Below, in pieces: positions 12,406 to 24,677 of a stretch of DNA of 64,000 nt. The first letter of the stretch is position 1. The number at the start of each line of letters is the position of its first letter. This stretch comes from Octopus sinensis. Its lineage: Eukaryota. The notes beneath the pieces were generated by a model. The model had not been told where the DNA came from and ran no database searches. It saw only the letters and a list, made by a program, of their open reading frames with translations. Made by a program: the position numbers and the translations under genes. The stretch spans positions 44,032,464 to 44,096,463 of the forward strand of contig NC_043011.1 of the NCBI RefSeq assembly GCF_006345805.1. Direction: 5' to 3'.

Positions 12406-12462
<57 letters not shown>
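10796..12462. repeat. ~1.67-kb imperfect (TA)n array
   Basis: Direct reading; sporadic G, AA and TT interruptions. Confidence 0.97.
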
Positions 12463-12634
12463 GGTGGCACGTAAAAAGCACCCACTACACTCGCGGAGTG
12501 GTTGGCGTTAGGAAGGGCATTCAGCTGTAGAAACTCTGCCATATCAGACGGAGCCTGGTGCAGCCCCTGGCTTCCCAGACCCCGGTCAAACCGTCCAACC
12601 CGTGCTAGCACAGAAAACGGATGTTAAACGGTGA

Positions 12635-12636
<2 letters not shown>
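12463..12636 (+). mobile_element. RTE 3' end (family E) embedded in a TA array
   Basis: ggtggcacgtaaaaagcacccactacactc...gttaaacggtgatgat. Confidence 0.9.
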
Positions 12637-12698
<62 letters not shown>

Positions 12699-13095
12699 TA
12701 TATACATATGCACACACACACACACAAACATACATACATACATACATACATACAATATATATATAAACATACATATATGTCTGAGCGTATGTGTATCTCT
12801 GAGTGTACATGCATGTATGCAAATGTTTGCTTCTTTCTGTCTCAATTATCAAAATCATTAGAGTTGATGCAAATAATTCTACAATAGTAGTGGTGGTGCT
12901 GCTGGTATTCATAGTACTAAATGTAATTATTGCAGCTAAAACTGCTACCATGACTACTGTCTTCAAAGATCTACACACACACGCACGCGCTATTGATGCC
13001 TTATTTATTGTAATAGGGTCTTATGTATGCAATGTAGTGAGTCGATAAAGTTCAATTAGTTGAGATTATCCAAGTAATCCGTAGGCAAAAACTCC

Positions 13096-13400
13096 CTTGT
13101 GTGGCTGTGTGGTAAGAAGCTTGCTTACCAACCACATGGTTCCAGGTTCAATCCCATTGCATGGCATTTGGGCAAGTGTTTCTTATTATAGCCTCAGGCT
13201 GACCAAAGCTTTGCGAGTGGATTTGGTAGATGGAAACAGGAAGAAGCCCATTATATATATTTGTGTGTGTGTGTGTCTGTGTCTGTGTTTGTTCCCCTGC
13301 CATTCCTTAGAAATTGATGGTGGTGTGTTTAATTCCCCCGTAACTTAGCAATTCGACAAAAGACACTAATAGAATAAGTGCTAGGCTGCTAGGCTTACAG
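13096..13400 (+). mobile_element. SINE A
   Basis: tggctgtgtggtaagaagcttgcttacc head through gctaggcttacagagaata. Confidence 0.85.
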
Positions 13401-13536
13401 AGAATAGCATTTAAAATATATATATATATATATATATATATTATGGTATTGACCAGACTATCAAATGTTGTTATATACCACTGGTTAAAATTCCTTTTAT
13501 ATTCTTTTAGATTTCAAATGATGCCATATCTATCTA

Positions 13537-13573
<37 letters not shown>

Positions 13574-13704
13574 TTCAAAGAAAGTTAGAGGTTGTGAATC
13601 CAACCAAGGGATAGTATCTGTCCAATATACTGCTGGCAGAATACCTAATTAATACACAAAGCTGATGAATACTACCTCTGGATTCCCTTCATTTTCTTTT
13701 TGCC

Positions 13705-13735
<31 letters not shown>

Positions 13736-13935
13736 CGTACATTAGATAGATAGATAGATGTGTTTACAAATACGTAAAGAACTTTATTTATATTGAAACA
13801 CAAGCTTATATATTGATTCTCCTTCATATATAACTATATGCCGAAGGTGCCACATAGTGAGACTGAACCTGAATACATGGGGCTCGGAAGCAAGTTTCTT
13901 ACAACCCATCTACACCTCTCTCTGTATATGTATGT

Positions 13936-13989
<54 letters not shown>

Positions 13990-14736
13990 TATATATAACC
14001 GGACTGATGCTTAACACCCCTTTGAAGCCCCTAATATGAAATCAATTGTAAGATCAGCTATGATGGATATATAATACTGTACACTTCGATATATATGTAT
14101 ATATAAGATCGTCAAAGTTGATATTAGGAACATTTGAACTCAGAAAGTACAAAAAAGGCATAAACTGCCAATCGTGATTGATGTAAGAAGTAAAGAAAAG
14201 AATTTTTGTGGTAAAGCATGACTATGACAACTGGTTAGGTGTCTATACAGAGCCAACACCCTTCATTGATAGCTGAGTGAGTAATTTGTGTGTGTGTGTG
14301 TGTGTGTTGCTGTGTCATAGCCTTGGGAAAGCTCTGATCTATGTACAAATATAGGTGCACTATAGTACTTTGCTTTGCAATTAATATTGCAGTCATTTTA
14401 TTTAGGATGATATAATACAATACAATATAGTGGAGTGTGATAAATCATATTATGGTGATAAGGTCTTCAAATATTGACACATAGCTACAAATTGTTTTGG
14501 GATAGTTTTGTGTACGTGTCCAGTATTTGACTCATTGGATCATAGTAAGTCAATGATCATTGATGATCATTGTTTACCTTGGTGGCATTTTGGCTTAAAA
14601 CGTTACTAATTCTACCGATGAGGTAATGAGAATGATATTACTGCTCATATACATCTGTTCATATTGTAACCCACTCATACCCAAACATAGATTCATGTGT
14701 GTATGTATGTATATATAAGAGAATTTCTTAGAAAGA

Positions 14737-15081
14737 ATGAACCTGTGGAAAATGAGGGAGTGTTGCTTTTTGTGTGTGATTTGTGGGATGAAACGAATGA
14801 ATCATGTAGGCTTCGTCAGCCATCAGAGAACTCAAAGGGATCAGACCCTTGTAAATTGTGATGTGGCTACTGTTCGCAACAGAACATGTGCAACTTGTGG
14901 AAAGGTGTCTCTCTCAGTTGGAGGATTGATAAAGCATGTTAAAAGACTTCATATTGTGGCACCTGTTCCTTCAGCCAGCCAGCACAGCTGTGCATTATTC
15001 AATAGAATGTGCAAGTGTTTAGCGGGGCTCAGGAGTCATGGAAGGGCCTCACATTGCATCATCAATGATTCATTTCAGTGA
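14737..15081 (+). pseudogene. Degenerate ORF with three C2H2-like zinc fingers, probably a LINE ORF2 C-terminal remnant
   Basis: CATC-x12-HVKRLH is canonical; CVIC-x12-HQRTQ and CALF-x12-HGRASH are damaged; no TGEKP linkers. Confidence 0.5.
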
Positions 15082-15187
15082 TTCTTTCTTGCAATGGCTT
15101 TGCTCATATACAAGAAATCAACTACTATATATGTATATATGTATATACACACACACACACACACACACATACACACATGTATGTATC

Positions 15188-15530
15188 CTCATCATTTAAC
15201 ATCCGTTGTCCATGCTGGCATGGATTGGCGGTTTGACTGGACTGGCAAACTGGAAGGTTGCACCAGACTCCAATCTGACTTGGCATGGTTTTCTACAGAT
15301 GGATGCCCTTCCTAATGCCAACCACTCTGAGAGTGTAATAGGTGTTTTTATGTGCCATTTGCGTGACACCAGGGTGGTGTTACGTGCCAATTTGTGTGAC
15401 ACCGGTATCTGCCACGACTGTGATTCTGCTCAGCTTGATGGGTCTTCTTCTTAAGCACGACATAATGCCAAAGGTCTCGGTCATTGCCTCATGAGGCCCA
15501 ACACTTGAATGGAACTCAGCCATTTTACCT
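15188..15530 (-). mobile_element. RTE 3' UTR fragment (family E)
   Basis: catcatttaacatccgttgtccatgctggcatgg...ggatgcccttcctaatgccaaccactc. Confidence 0.85.
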
Positions 15531-15571
15531 CCATGAGCCCCCCCCCCGCCAACACATATATTATAGGTTTA

Positions 15572-15978
15572 GGAGTGGCTGTGTGGTAAGTAGCTTGCTT
15601 ACCAACCACATGGTTCCGGGTTCCGTCCCACTGCGGGGCACTTTGGGCAAGTGTCTTCTAATATAACCTCAGGTCAACCAAAGCCTTGTGAGTGGATTTG
15701 GTAGACAGAAACTGAAAGAAGCCTGTTGTATGTGTATATGTGTGTGTGTGTATGTGTGTGTGTTTGTGTGTCTGTGTTTGCCCCTCACCCCCATCACTTG
15801 ACAACTGATGTTGGTGTGTTTACACCCCCATAACTTAGCGGTTCGGCAAAAAGACACCGATAGAATGAGTACTAGGCTTACAAAGAAGAAGTCCCAGGGT
15901 CGATTTTTTTTTAACTAAAGGCAGTGCTCCAGCATGGCTGCAGTCAAATGACTGAAACAAATAAAAGAATTAAAGAAT
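15572..15978 (+). mobile_element. SINE A, full length
   Basis: ggagtggctgtgtggtaag ... gaaacaaataaaagaattaaagaat. Confidence 0.92.
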
Positions 15979-16537
15979 GTATATATATATATATTTACGT
16001 GTGTGTGTGTGTGTGTGTGTGTGGCATGTATTTATATTGTGTTGAGTCATTTTATTCACCAAGTTAGCATTCAAAGCAGGTTAGCCTTCAAAGTAGAGGC
16101 CATTGTGTTGCACTGCTTGGAGCCACTTTTCTGTGGGTTCTTTGATCCCATGCTGGTACCAGCTGTTGTCCTTCAGGGCGAAAGAACTCATTTACTGAAG
16201 CTTCCGGTTCCTCTTGGTTGACGAAGCATTGAAAGCGGAGGAAGTGAGCCATGGATCAGAACAAAACTTTACACTCAACACAGTGTATGTGTGTGTGAGT
16301 TTGTATGTATGTATGTGCGTATGTGTATGAGTTTGTATGTGTGTGTGTTTGAGTTTGTATGTGAGTGTGAGTTTGTATGTATCTACGTGAATAAGTACCA
16401 GGCTTACAAAGAATAAGTCCTGGGGTTGATTTGCTCAACTAAAGGCGGTGCTCCAGCATGGCCACAGTCAAATGACTGAAATAAGTAAAAGAGTAAAAGA
16501 GTACACATATATATATATATATAAATACACACACATA

Positions 16538-16921
16538 TCTATTATATAAAATCCATTCTGTCTGTCTGTGTGTGTGTCTTCTAGGCTCTCGGGCATCCTC
16601 CATCCGATTGCGCTCAAATTTGATATGTAGATACTGACAGTATCAGGGTATGTATAAGTCTTGAAAAAATTACAAAAATCGATTCCAGGTGAGAATGCGA
16701 TCGATAAAGCCTTGGGAACGTGCATTTGTACATGCAAGTACATCAGCTGTTGCGATCGATACTATGCATAGGCGAGAAAAATGCACCTGCAGTTTTCGCA
16801 GAAAAAGCTGGCTAGCACAAAATGGGACGGTCGGACAAGTTGTTTTGAGAAAATTTGGTTTAAATGTTTGACAACTCAGCACCGTCCATTCGACGGGTGG
16901 GGGTGAGGGGCGTTTTGCTCG
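16538..16921 (+). mobile_element. Possible non-autonomous Helitron-like element
   Basis: A|TCTATTATATAAAA 5' end followed by (CTGT)n, ccgattgcgctcaaatttg internal motif, CCGTC-n5-GACGG hairpin near a CTCG|T end (non-canonical). Confidence 0.4.
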
Positions 16922-17152
16922 TATGTATATATAGATATATATTCAATTGGAGGTTGTGTTAACCTCATGAAGGGATGGTTTCTATTAATATCCCAATCTC
17001 TGTTCTCATTTCCTTTTATATAAATGGTCAAACTAAAGCGTTTGACCCGAGCAAAAAAACAAAAGAAAAATAGTGTAACAGGTGTAAAAGAACTTGCTCT
17101 AAAATGAATATGAAAAAAAAACCGCCTTACTTTGACCAAATATATATCTATA

Positions 17153-17195
<43 letters not shown>

Positions 17196-17594
17196 TAAAC
17201 GAATTTTGTCAGTGAACAGGTCGTGGTTTCAAAACGACGAAAATATTTTGACAAATTAAATTTAAATGTTGAAGTGAATCTAACGAGTTTAGAGTGTTTT
17301 TAAATGGCTTATAAACACCTTCCACACTGCAATTATTTTTTGTTTCAGCAGACGATCTTAGATCAGGTTGCTTGCTATACAATTACACCTCCATAATATA
17401 TATATATTACTCTTTTACTTATTTCAGTTATTTGACTGTGGCCATGCTGGAGCACTGCCTTTAGTCGAGCAAATCGACCCCAGAGCTTATTCTTTGTAAG
17501 CCTAGTTCTTATATATATATATAAACGTATTTTATAAATGTATACGTATACTTTATATATATATATATTATATATATATATAATATATATAATG

Positions 17595-18132
17595 TTAGTT
17601 AGTTAGTTAGTTAAATTGGCTCAAAAGCAAATAGCAAGGCCATGTAGGGGGACATGGAGTTAAGTACAGGGTGGTGTTCATGTAAAGAGTTCAGGCCACT
17701 TGAGGTCAAGGGAGGCTTTGAACAAAGCGGTCGTCGGCATCTTCACCATCTCGTCTGGCAGCTTGTTCCACGGATCCGCAACCCGGACGGAGAAAGCTCC
17801 TCTTCTTCGATTGAGATGAAATCGTCGCAGGTAGAGCTTTTTGGAATGACCCCGCAGCCGACGCTCTGGAGCAGGAGTGAAGATCACCTCTTTCGAGAGG
17901 TTACACTTTCCGCTTATGATGTTGGTGGGCGAGAATGAGATCACCACGGCGGCGGCGTTTTTCTAGAGAATAAAGGTCGAGTGTCCTCAGCCTTTCTTCA
18001 TAGGACAAATTTTTGAGACCATGAACCATGCGGGTAGCCAGCTTCTGGACTCTTTCGAGATGCTGTATGTCTTTGAGGAGATAAGAAGAGGCTTGAATCC
18101 TGTATTCCAATATGGGTCTCACCAGCGTGACA
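17595..18132 (-). mobile_element. 5'-truncated CR1-clade LINE (RT C-terminus + 3' UTR)
   Basis: LVRPILEY..ERVQKLATRMV..LSYEERL..L.SLEKRRRRGDLI and LRGHSKKL..FSVRVADPWNKLP..FKASLD; one frameshift; (TAAC)n tail. Confidence 0.93.
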
Positions 18133-18444
18133 TATATATATATATAACATGTCTCACCAGCGTGACACACATATATATATATATATATAACATGTAACCC
18201 ACTGCAACCTGGTGTTTGGTTGGATCATTTGCGAGCTATTTTCAGTAAACCCGGCGACCACACTCGAGGTTATCCTGGTTGGTTCATTGACTTGTGTGCC
18301 GGGTTGTGTTCGTGTTATTGTGAAAGCTATCTCCTTTCTTATGATTATAAACTTCTCTGTCTCAGCAGTTCGTTGTTAGTCAGGTGTGAGGTGGCTCTGA
18401 AATCTGTGTGGGAAAATCTGATTGATTAGTCAGAAAACATTGGG

Positions 18445-18846
18445 TAGTGCTGGGAATGGTGGTGTTGGTGTTAATAGTGGTTACGTTGGTAGTACATGTT
18501 ACTGTGACCTACCACAATCTTGTTGCTGATGGTGAAGATAGTGGCGGTGGCGATGGTATTGGTTGTTGTGATAATGATGATTATGCTGATAATGTTAGTG
18601 TAACTTATCATAGTCTTGTTAATGGCAGTGGTGATGGTCGTGCTAAGAGTGGTGGTGGTGGTGATATTGTTGGTGATGGTACCAATGGTAGTAATAATAA
18701 TGGTAGTCCTGTTTGCAGTACATGTTAACTGTAAGCTATGACAACTTGTTACTGGTTGAGGCGGTGGTGACGTTGGTGGTGCTGGTAGTGGTGGTGGTGG
18801 TGGGGTGGTGGTGGTGGTGGTAGTAGTCGTGGTGGTAGTCGTGTTG

Positions 18847-18878
<32 letters not shown>

Positions 18879-18960
18879 AATAATAATGATGGTTGTCTTG
18901 GCACTACATGTTACTATGACTTTGTTACTGGTGGTGGTAGTGAAGGGGCGATGATGGCGG
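18445..18960. repeat. GGT/GTT/GAT low-complexity region
   Basis: Direct reading. Confidence 0.85.
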
Positions 18961-19147
18961 TACTACTAGTTGCAGCATTGTTCTAAGTTTAAACTATTTA
19001 TTTATTTATCAAACTGATATGTCTTCTACGAGTTAATGTGTCATATCTCAGCTCTTTTTCTCAAGAAACACCACAGAAAAAGTACTTCCTGTTTAAAGTG
19101 AAATTTGTTTCATTTGTCTTTAGTTGTTTGTATGTTTTTGTGTTAAC

Positions 19148-19179
<32 letters not shown>

Positions 19180-19237
19180 GTGCTTTTGAATATTCACTGG
19201 CTTACTGGTTAAGGTGTAAGCTTCAAAGGTATACAAA

Positions 19238-19470
19238 GGCGGCGAGCTGGCAAAATTTAGCACGCCGGGTGAAATGCTTAGCGGTATTTCGTCTGCGTTA
19301 CGTTGTGAGTTCAAATTCCGCCGAGGTCGACTTTGCCTTTCATCCTTTCGGGGTCGATAAATTAAGTACCAGTTACGCACTGGGGTCGATGTAATCGACT
19401 TAAAACCTGTGTCTGTCCTTGTTTGTCCCCTCTGTGTTTAGCCCCATGTGGGTAATAAAGAAAAAGGTAT
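19238..19470 (+). mobile_element. SINE B, full length, CpG-rich (young)
   Basis: ggcggcgagctggc ... gccccatgtgggtaataaagaaaaaggtat. Confidence 0.92.
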
Positions 19471-19511
19471 ACAACATGCTACTCAGTGCAAGAATTGACA
19501 AGAAGTTTGAT

Positions 19512-20034
19512 AGGCATGGCTGTGTGGTAAGAAGCTTGCTTCCTAACCACATGGTTTCAGGTTCAGTCCCACTGTGTGGCACCTTGGGCAAGTGTCTTCT
19601 ACTATAGCCTCGGGCCGACCAAAGCCTTGTGAGTGGATTTGGTAGGCGGAAACTGAAAAGAAGCCAGTCGTCTATATATATATATATATTATGTATATGT
19701 GTATATATGTATATGTGTATATATGTATATATGTATATATATGTATATATATGTATATGTATATATATGTATATGTATATGTATGTATATGTATATGTAT
19801 ATATATGTATATATATGTATATGTATGTATATGTATATATGTATATGTTTGTGTGTCTGTGTTCCCTAACATCGCTTGACAACCGATGTTGGTGTGTTTA
19901 CGTTTCCGTAACTTAGCGGTTCAGCAAAAGAATAAATACCACGTTAACAAAGAATAAGTCCAGGGGTCGATTTGCTCGATTAAATGCGGTGCTCCAGCAT
20001 AGCCACAGTCAAAATGACTGAAACAAGTAAAAGA
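19512..20034 (+). mobile_element. SINE A with an expanded (TATATG)n centre
   Basis: Complete head and tail; central tract at ~19673-19850. Confidence 0.92.
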
Positions 20035-20207
20035 ATTATATATATACTTATTATTTTAAGGAAATTAATTCCCCCAAAATACTAGGTATTGAACCAGTAT
20101 TTCCTTGAATGAAACCAATCCCTTCATGAGGTTAACACAGCCTCTAATTGAATATATATATGTGTGTGTGTGTGTTATGTATATATACACACACACATAC
20201 AATGTGG

Positions 20208-20455
20208 TGTTGCAATGGCTTAGTGGTTAGGGTGTTGGACTCATTATCGTAAGTTTGTGATTTTGATTCCTGGACTGGGTAATGCATTGTGTTCCTCAAC
20301 AAAACACTTTATTTTCATGTTATTGCCATCCACTCAGTTGGCAAAAAAGAGTAATCCTGCGATGACCTGGCGTCCTGTCCAGGTGAGGAATATATACGCC
20401 ATGAAACTAGGAAGCTGACCCTTGTGAGTTGGCATGGCTTGAGAAGGTAGCTTGA
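20208..20455 (+). mobile_element. SINE with D head and alternative (gcgatgacctggcgtcctgtccagg) tail
   Basis: TGGCTTAGTGG A box; tail shared with 38035-38395, 43967-44272 and 31680-31880. Confidence 0.7.
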
Positions 20456-20512
20456 CATTTTACTTTATATATATATATATATATTATATATATATAATAT
20501 ATATATATATAT

Positions 20513-20709
20513 ATCATGGCAGTCGCCATGATAGATCATTAGCCACTACACACATTTTCTTTCTCTCCTTGTTTCTTTCTGTGTTCCTTTCTGTGGAAGA
20601 GCGTAGGCTCGAAACGTAAAAGACTTTTTCAATTCCTGAGCGTTATACTAATACATCTGTTTGTTTTCTACACCACCTGTCTTCGTCTTTTGCTTTTTTC
20701 GTGAATTCT

Positions 20710-20712
<3 letters not shown>
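20513..20712 (+). mobile_element. TA-tract-embedded element with a hammerhead-like motif (family Q), probably Penelope-like-derived
   Basis: CTTT-CTGTGGA-A-GAGC-gtag-GCTC-GAAAC-GTA-AAAG at 20587-20622; (TA)n on both sides; same element at 28640-28793 and 30118-30272. Confidence 0.6.
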
Positions 20713-20746
<34 letters not shown>

Positions 20747-21426
20747 TATAAATAAATAAATACACACAAACACACACACTCACACAATACATACATACCC
20801 TCTTTTGTAGTGAGTTCTTTTCTTCCTGGTTGTTCCCCAAAACACGCGTGCACACACTTGTATGCCAGAAAATACAGTAGCCCTGTCCTTGACACTAGCA
20901 ACAGGACCTCACACACCCCACATCTCTGCGCTTGTTCCATCAGCCTTTTTACAGATTGAAAAGCACGAATGACAGATGTAGGAGAGAATAAAGGCATGAG
21001 TGATAATGGCAAGAATGGCAAGAATATCAGGACTAGCCAATATTCTGTGCATAGGTATGTATCTTCATGGCAAGGTAGCTTGTGATGGCAGGGCAACAAT
21101 CAAAAGCTGTGTGACCCTGGATACTGAGTGATGATAGGAACCTGTTGTTGTGTGGGGGGGGGCGAAGGAGAAAGAATGTGATGACTGGCAGTGAAGTGGA
21201 GTGAAGGTGATGACTGGCAGCAGGGTAGGAAAGGTGCTGGAAAGGTCATGAGAGAATTACAAGTGCAGTGAGATCTTTCTTTGCCCTGGAAGCACTGTGT
21301 GTGTTTGTGTGTGTGTGTGTGAGTAGCTGATGTGGTTCTACAACCCTTGAAGAGTCTTCATGTAGGCAGGGCAGTGGGGTACCCTGTTGTGACATGTGAT
21401 GCGTATTGGGCATTTTAAACCTGAGA

Positions 21427-21640
21427 GAAGGCAACAAGCTGACAGAACCCTTTGCATGGCCAACAAAATTCTTAGTGGCATTTCATGTGTCTTTACATTC
21501 TGGGTTCAAATTCCGCCAAGGTCGACTTTGTCTTTTATCCTTTCAGAGTCAATAAAATAAGTACCAGTTGAGCACTGGGGTTGATGTAATCAACTCGCAC
21601 TCTCTTCAAAAATTTCTGGCTTTGTGCCTATAGTAGAAAG
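21427..21640 (+). mobile_element. SINE B, older
   Basis: gggttcaaattccgccaaggtcgactttg...aagtaccagttgagcactgggg. Confidence 0.75.
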
Positions 21641-21919
21641 TATTTTAAACTTGACTGAGCTCTCTTTCTCGTGGACTGAACACGGCTGATTTCTTCCTGA
21701 GAGAAAATGTGTGTGTGCGAGTGAAAAGAAGCAATCGCTGGTGCTTAATTTATCAACCTCCTAAGGGATGAACTGCAGTATTGATCTTATCAGGATTTGA
21801 ACTTTGACCATGAAGAACTGGAACACACACCACAAAGTATTCTATCTGACACACTAACAACTCTACCATTCGACCATCTTGTGTATGTGCAATATAGAGT
21901 ATTGTCTATGGTAACTGGA

Positions 21920-22275
21920 TTTTCTTGTATTCGTTTCAGTCATTTGATTGTGGCCATGCTGAAGCACTGTCTTAAAGGGTTTTAGTCAAAGAAATTAACT
22001 CGAGGACTTATTACTTGTAAGCCTAGTACTTATTTTATCAGTCTCTTTTGCCAAACTACTAAAAATGAATGGGACATAAACATACCATCATTGGTTGTCA
22101 AGCGATGGTGGGAGAACAGACACAGACACACACCCATACATAAATATGACGAGCTTCTTTCAGTTTCATTCTACCAAATTCACTCACAAGGCTTTAATTG
22201 GCCCGAGGCTATAGTAGAGGACATTTGCCCAAGGCACCATGCAGTGGGACTGAACCTGGAGCCATGTGGTTGGGA
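21920..22275 (-). mobile_element. SINE A
   Basis: Reverse-complement tail, domain and head. Confidence 0.85.
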
Positions 22276-22282
22276 GACAAGT

Positions 22283-22503
22283 TTCTTATTTCTTTACTGT
22301 CCACAAGGGGCTACACACAGAGGGGACAAACGGATTAAGTTGATTATATCAACCCAGTGTGTAACTGATACTTATTTAATCGACCCTGAAAGGATGAAAG
22401 GCAAAGTTGACTTTGGCGGAATTTGAACTCAGGACATAGCTACAAATGAAATACCGCTAAGCATTTCGCCTGGCGTGCTAACGTTTCTGCCAGCTCGCCG
22501 CCT
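22283..22503 (-). mobile_element. SINE B
   Basis: Ends ...cgtttctgccagctcgccgcc. Confidence 0.9.
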
Positions 22504-22923
22504 TACCACTCAAGAAACTGTATTCTCGGTTAAATTGTTCAGACTGTGTCCATCCCCCAACACCACTACCACCATGACTTCATAGTTGGTGATGACGAGA
22601 TGTCCAACATCTACCAGTGTACTATCTCTTAGTAGTAGTAGTAGTTGTAACTGTGTGTAACATATAACATGTGATTGACTTTTAAGAAAGTGTGCTTCGT
22701 TAAATTTCGTCGAAAGTGACTTTTAATCAGAACAGATAAGAACTAGTGAAGTTTGTTAATAGAAAGTAATTAACGATGAACTGTTGTGTTAATTAGATTA
22801 AAACGTTTGAAATTTGAACCTTAGTTTTATTAAACTATCTCTTGAATTACCTTGACTGAATAAAAGTGTGATCTTTTTGCTGTAATTTTTTTAACAAGCC
22901 AGTGAGAAGAGGTTTCAGTTTAG

Positions 22924-23230
22924 TTGCTCATGATGCTAGAAATAATAGTCATAGTTCCCTGTATTCTTACTATATTGTACTTAATGTGCCATTGAGGCAG
23001 GCTACACCCTCATTGCTCAGTATGCTAGAATTAATAGTTAAACTTCCATCCACTCATGCTTTATTATGCTTAATGACCATTGAGGGAGGCTTCACTCTGA
23101 TTGCTCTGCTTGCTAGAAATAATAGTTAAACATCCATCCACTCCTACTTTATTGTGCTTAACAAACCATTGAGGAAGGCATCCACTCTGGTTGCTCACGA
23201 TGCTAGAAATAACTGCTAAATCTCCCTCTG
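22924..23230. repeat. Degenerate ~88-bp minisatellite, ~3.3 units
   Basis: ttgctc.....tgctagaaataatagt...ccattgagg.aggc..cactct recurs. Confidence 0.8.
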
Positions 23231-23409
23231 TCTTGAAAAAGAAAATCACAATGGATAATAAAGAAGTTGATATACTCTCTGTGAATAGAAGTTGGGATAG
23301 TCATGGTTGGAGCATTTTTTACCATAAAGTTTGTTTAGTCAGTATTGACCCCAGGATATACTACAATAATAAAATGGGCTCGTTGACTTAGGTAATCCTA
23401 AATGTACAT

Positions 23410-23660
23410 TATTATCATCATCATTTTGTGTTCATTTTTTCTTCATGTTTGCATGGTTTGGATGGAGTTTTGTTCAGGTGGATTTTTTTCTACTGCTGGA
23501 TGCTCTTCCTGTTGCCAAACCTTACTTGCTTCCAAGTCAGGTAATATTTCTTCATGATTAAATATGTTTTCATGGAAGATTGGAAATAGATACCACTTAT
23601 ATAACAGTGACATTCATTTACAGCAATCCTGCTATGCCAAAGGAAAGGGACGTTAACACA
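23410..23660 (-). mobile_element. SINE family F
   Basis: catcattttg...tttgcatgg...ggatgctcttcctgttgccaaacc...aggtaatattt. Confidence 0.65.
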
Positions 23661-23701
23661 CACATAAAACACTCTCGCACGCACACATTTGTATACTTAT
23701 G

Positions 23702-24310
23702 CAGGCATGGCTGTGTGGTAAGAAGTTTGCTTCTCAACCACTTGGTTCTGGGTTCAGTTCTACTGTGTGGCACCTTGGGTAAGTGTCTTTTACTATAGCT
23801 TCGGGCCGACCAAAGCCTTGTGAGTGGAACTGCTAGCACATTAGCACGCTGGGCGAAATACTTAGCGGTATTTTGTCTGCCATTACGTTCTGAGTTCAAA
23901 TTCCGCCAAGGTCAACTTTGCCTTTCATCCTTTTGGGGTCAATAAATTAAGTACCAGTTATGCACTGGGGTCGATGTAATCAACTTAATCCCTCTGTCTG
24001 TCCTTGTTTGTCCCCTCTATGTTTAGCCCCTTGTGGGCAATAAAGAAATAAGAAACTGAAAGAAGCACATCGTACATATAAATATTTGTGTGTGTATGTG
24101 TGTGTCCTCCGCCACCACTTGTCAAGTGGTGTTGGTGTGTTTATATCCCTGTAACTTAGTGGTGTAACAAAAAAAATTCGATAGACTAAGTACCTGGTCT
24201 AAAAAGAAAATAAGTTTTGACGTTGATTCATTTGACTAAAAATTCTTCCAGGTGGTGCTCCAGCATGGCCACAGTCTAATGACTGAAACAAGTAAGAAAC
24301 AAAAGACAGA
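23702..24310 (+). mobile_element. SINE A interrupted by a 5'-truncated SINE B (23826-24052)
   Basis: A head to gccttgtgagtgg, then B, then A resumes at agaaactgaaagaagc. Confidence 0.85.
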
Positions 24311-24677
24311 AGATACAATGACCTTCTTTAAATTTCTTTCTACAAAAAAAAAAAAAAACTTGCCGTAGGTGCAACTTGTAAGGGTTGAACCCCAAAACCA
24401 TGTGGTTGGGAAGCAAACTTCTTACCACACAGCCACACCTGTGCAATAATAAAATGAGATGGTCATCACTAAAACATCTTTGGTCCTTTGGGATGACCTA
24501 GGGCTAAACAACAATACAGCTGCATCTCAGCTGCCTGACATTGCTCTTCAGCATCACATAAATTAAGGATGGAGGGTCATCTCTCATCATGATTATGCTT
24601 CTCAAGTTTAGGCTCTCTTATCTTTACACCTTCCGCTCAGCCCTCCACTGAGGGCTTTCAGCACAACAACAGAAATG

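Noticed and set aside
14524-14544. Possible micro-exons near 14524-14544, 13017-13036 and 26275-26301
   Set aside because: They are too short to distinguish from chance AG..GT pairs without RNA data.
17196-17395. TA-flanked segment with CTGATCT...GAAAC on the minus strand
   Set aside because: The core does not match CUGANGA and no helix II can be drawn.
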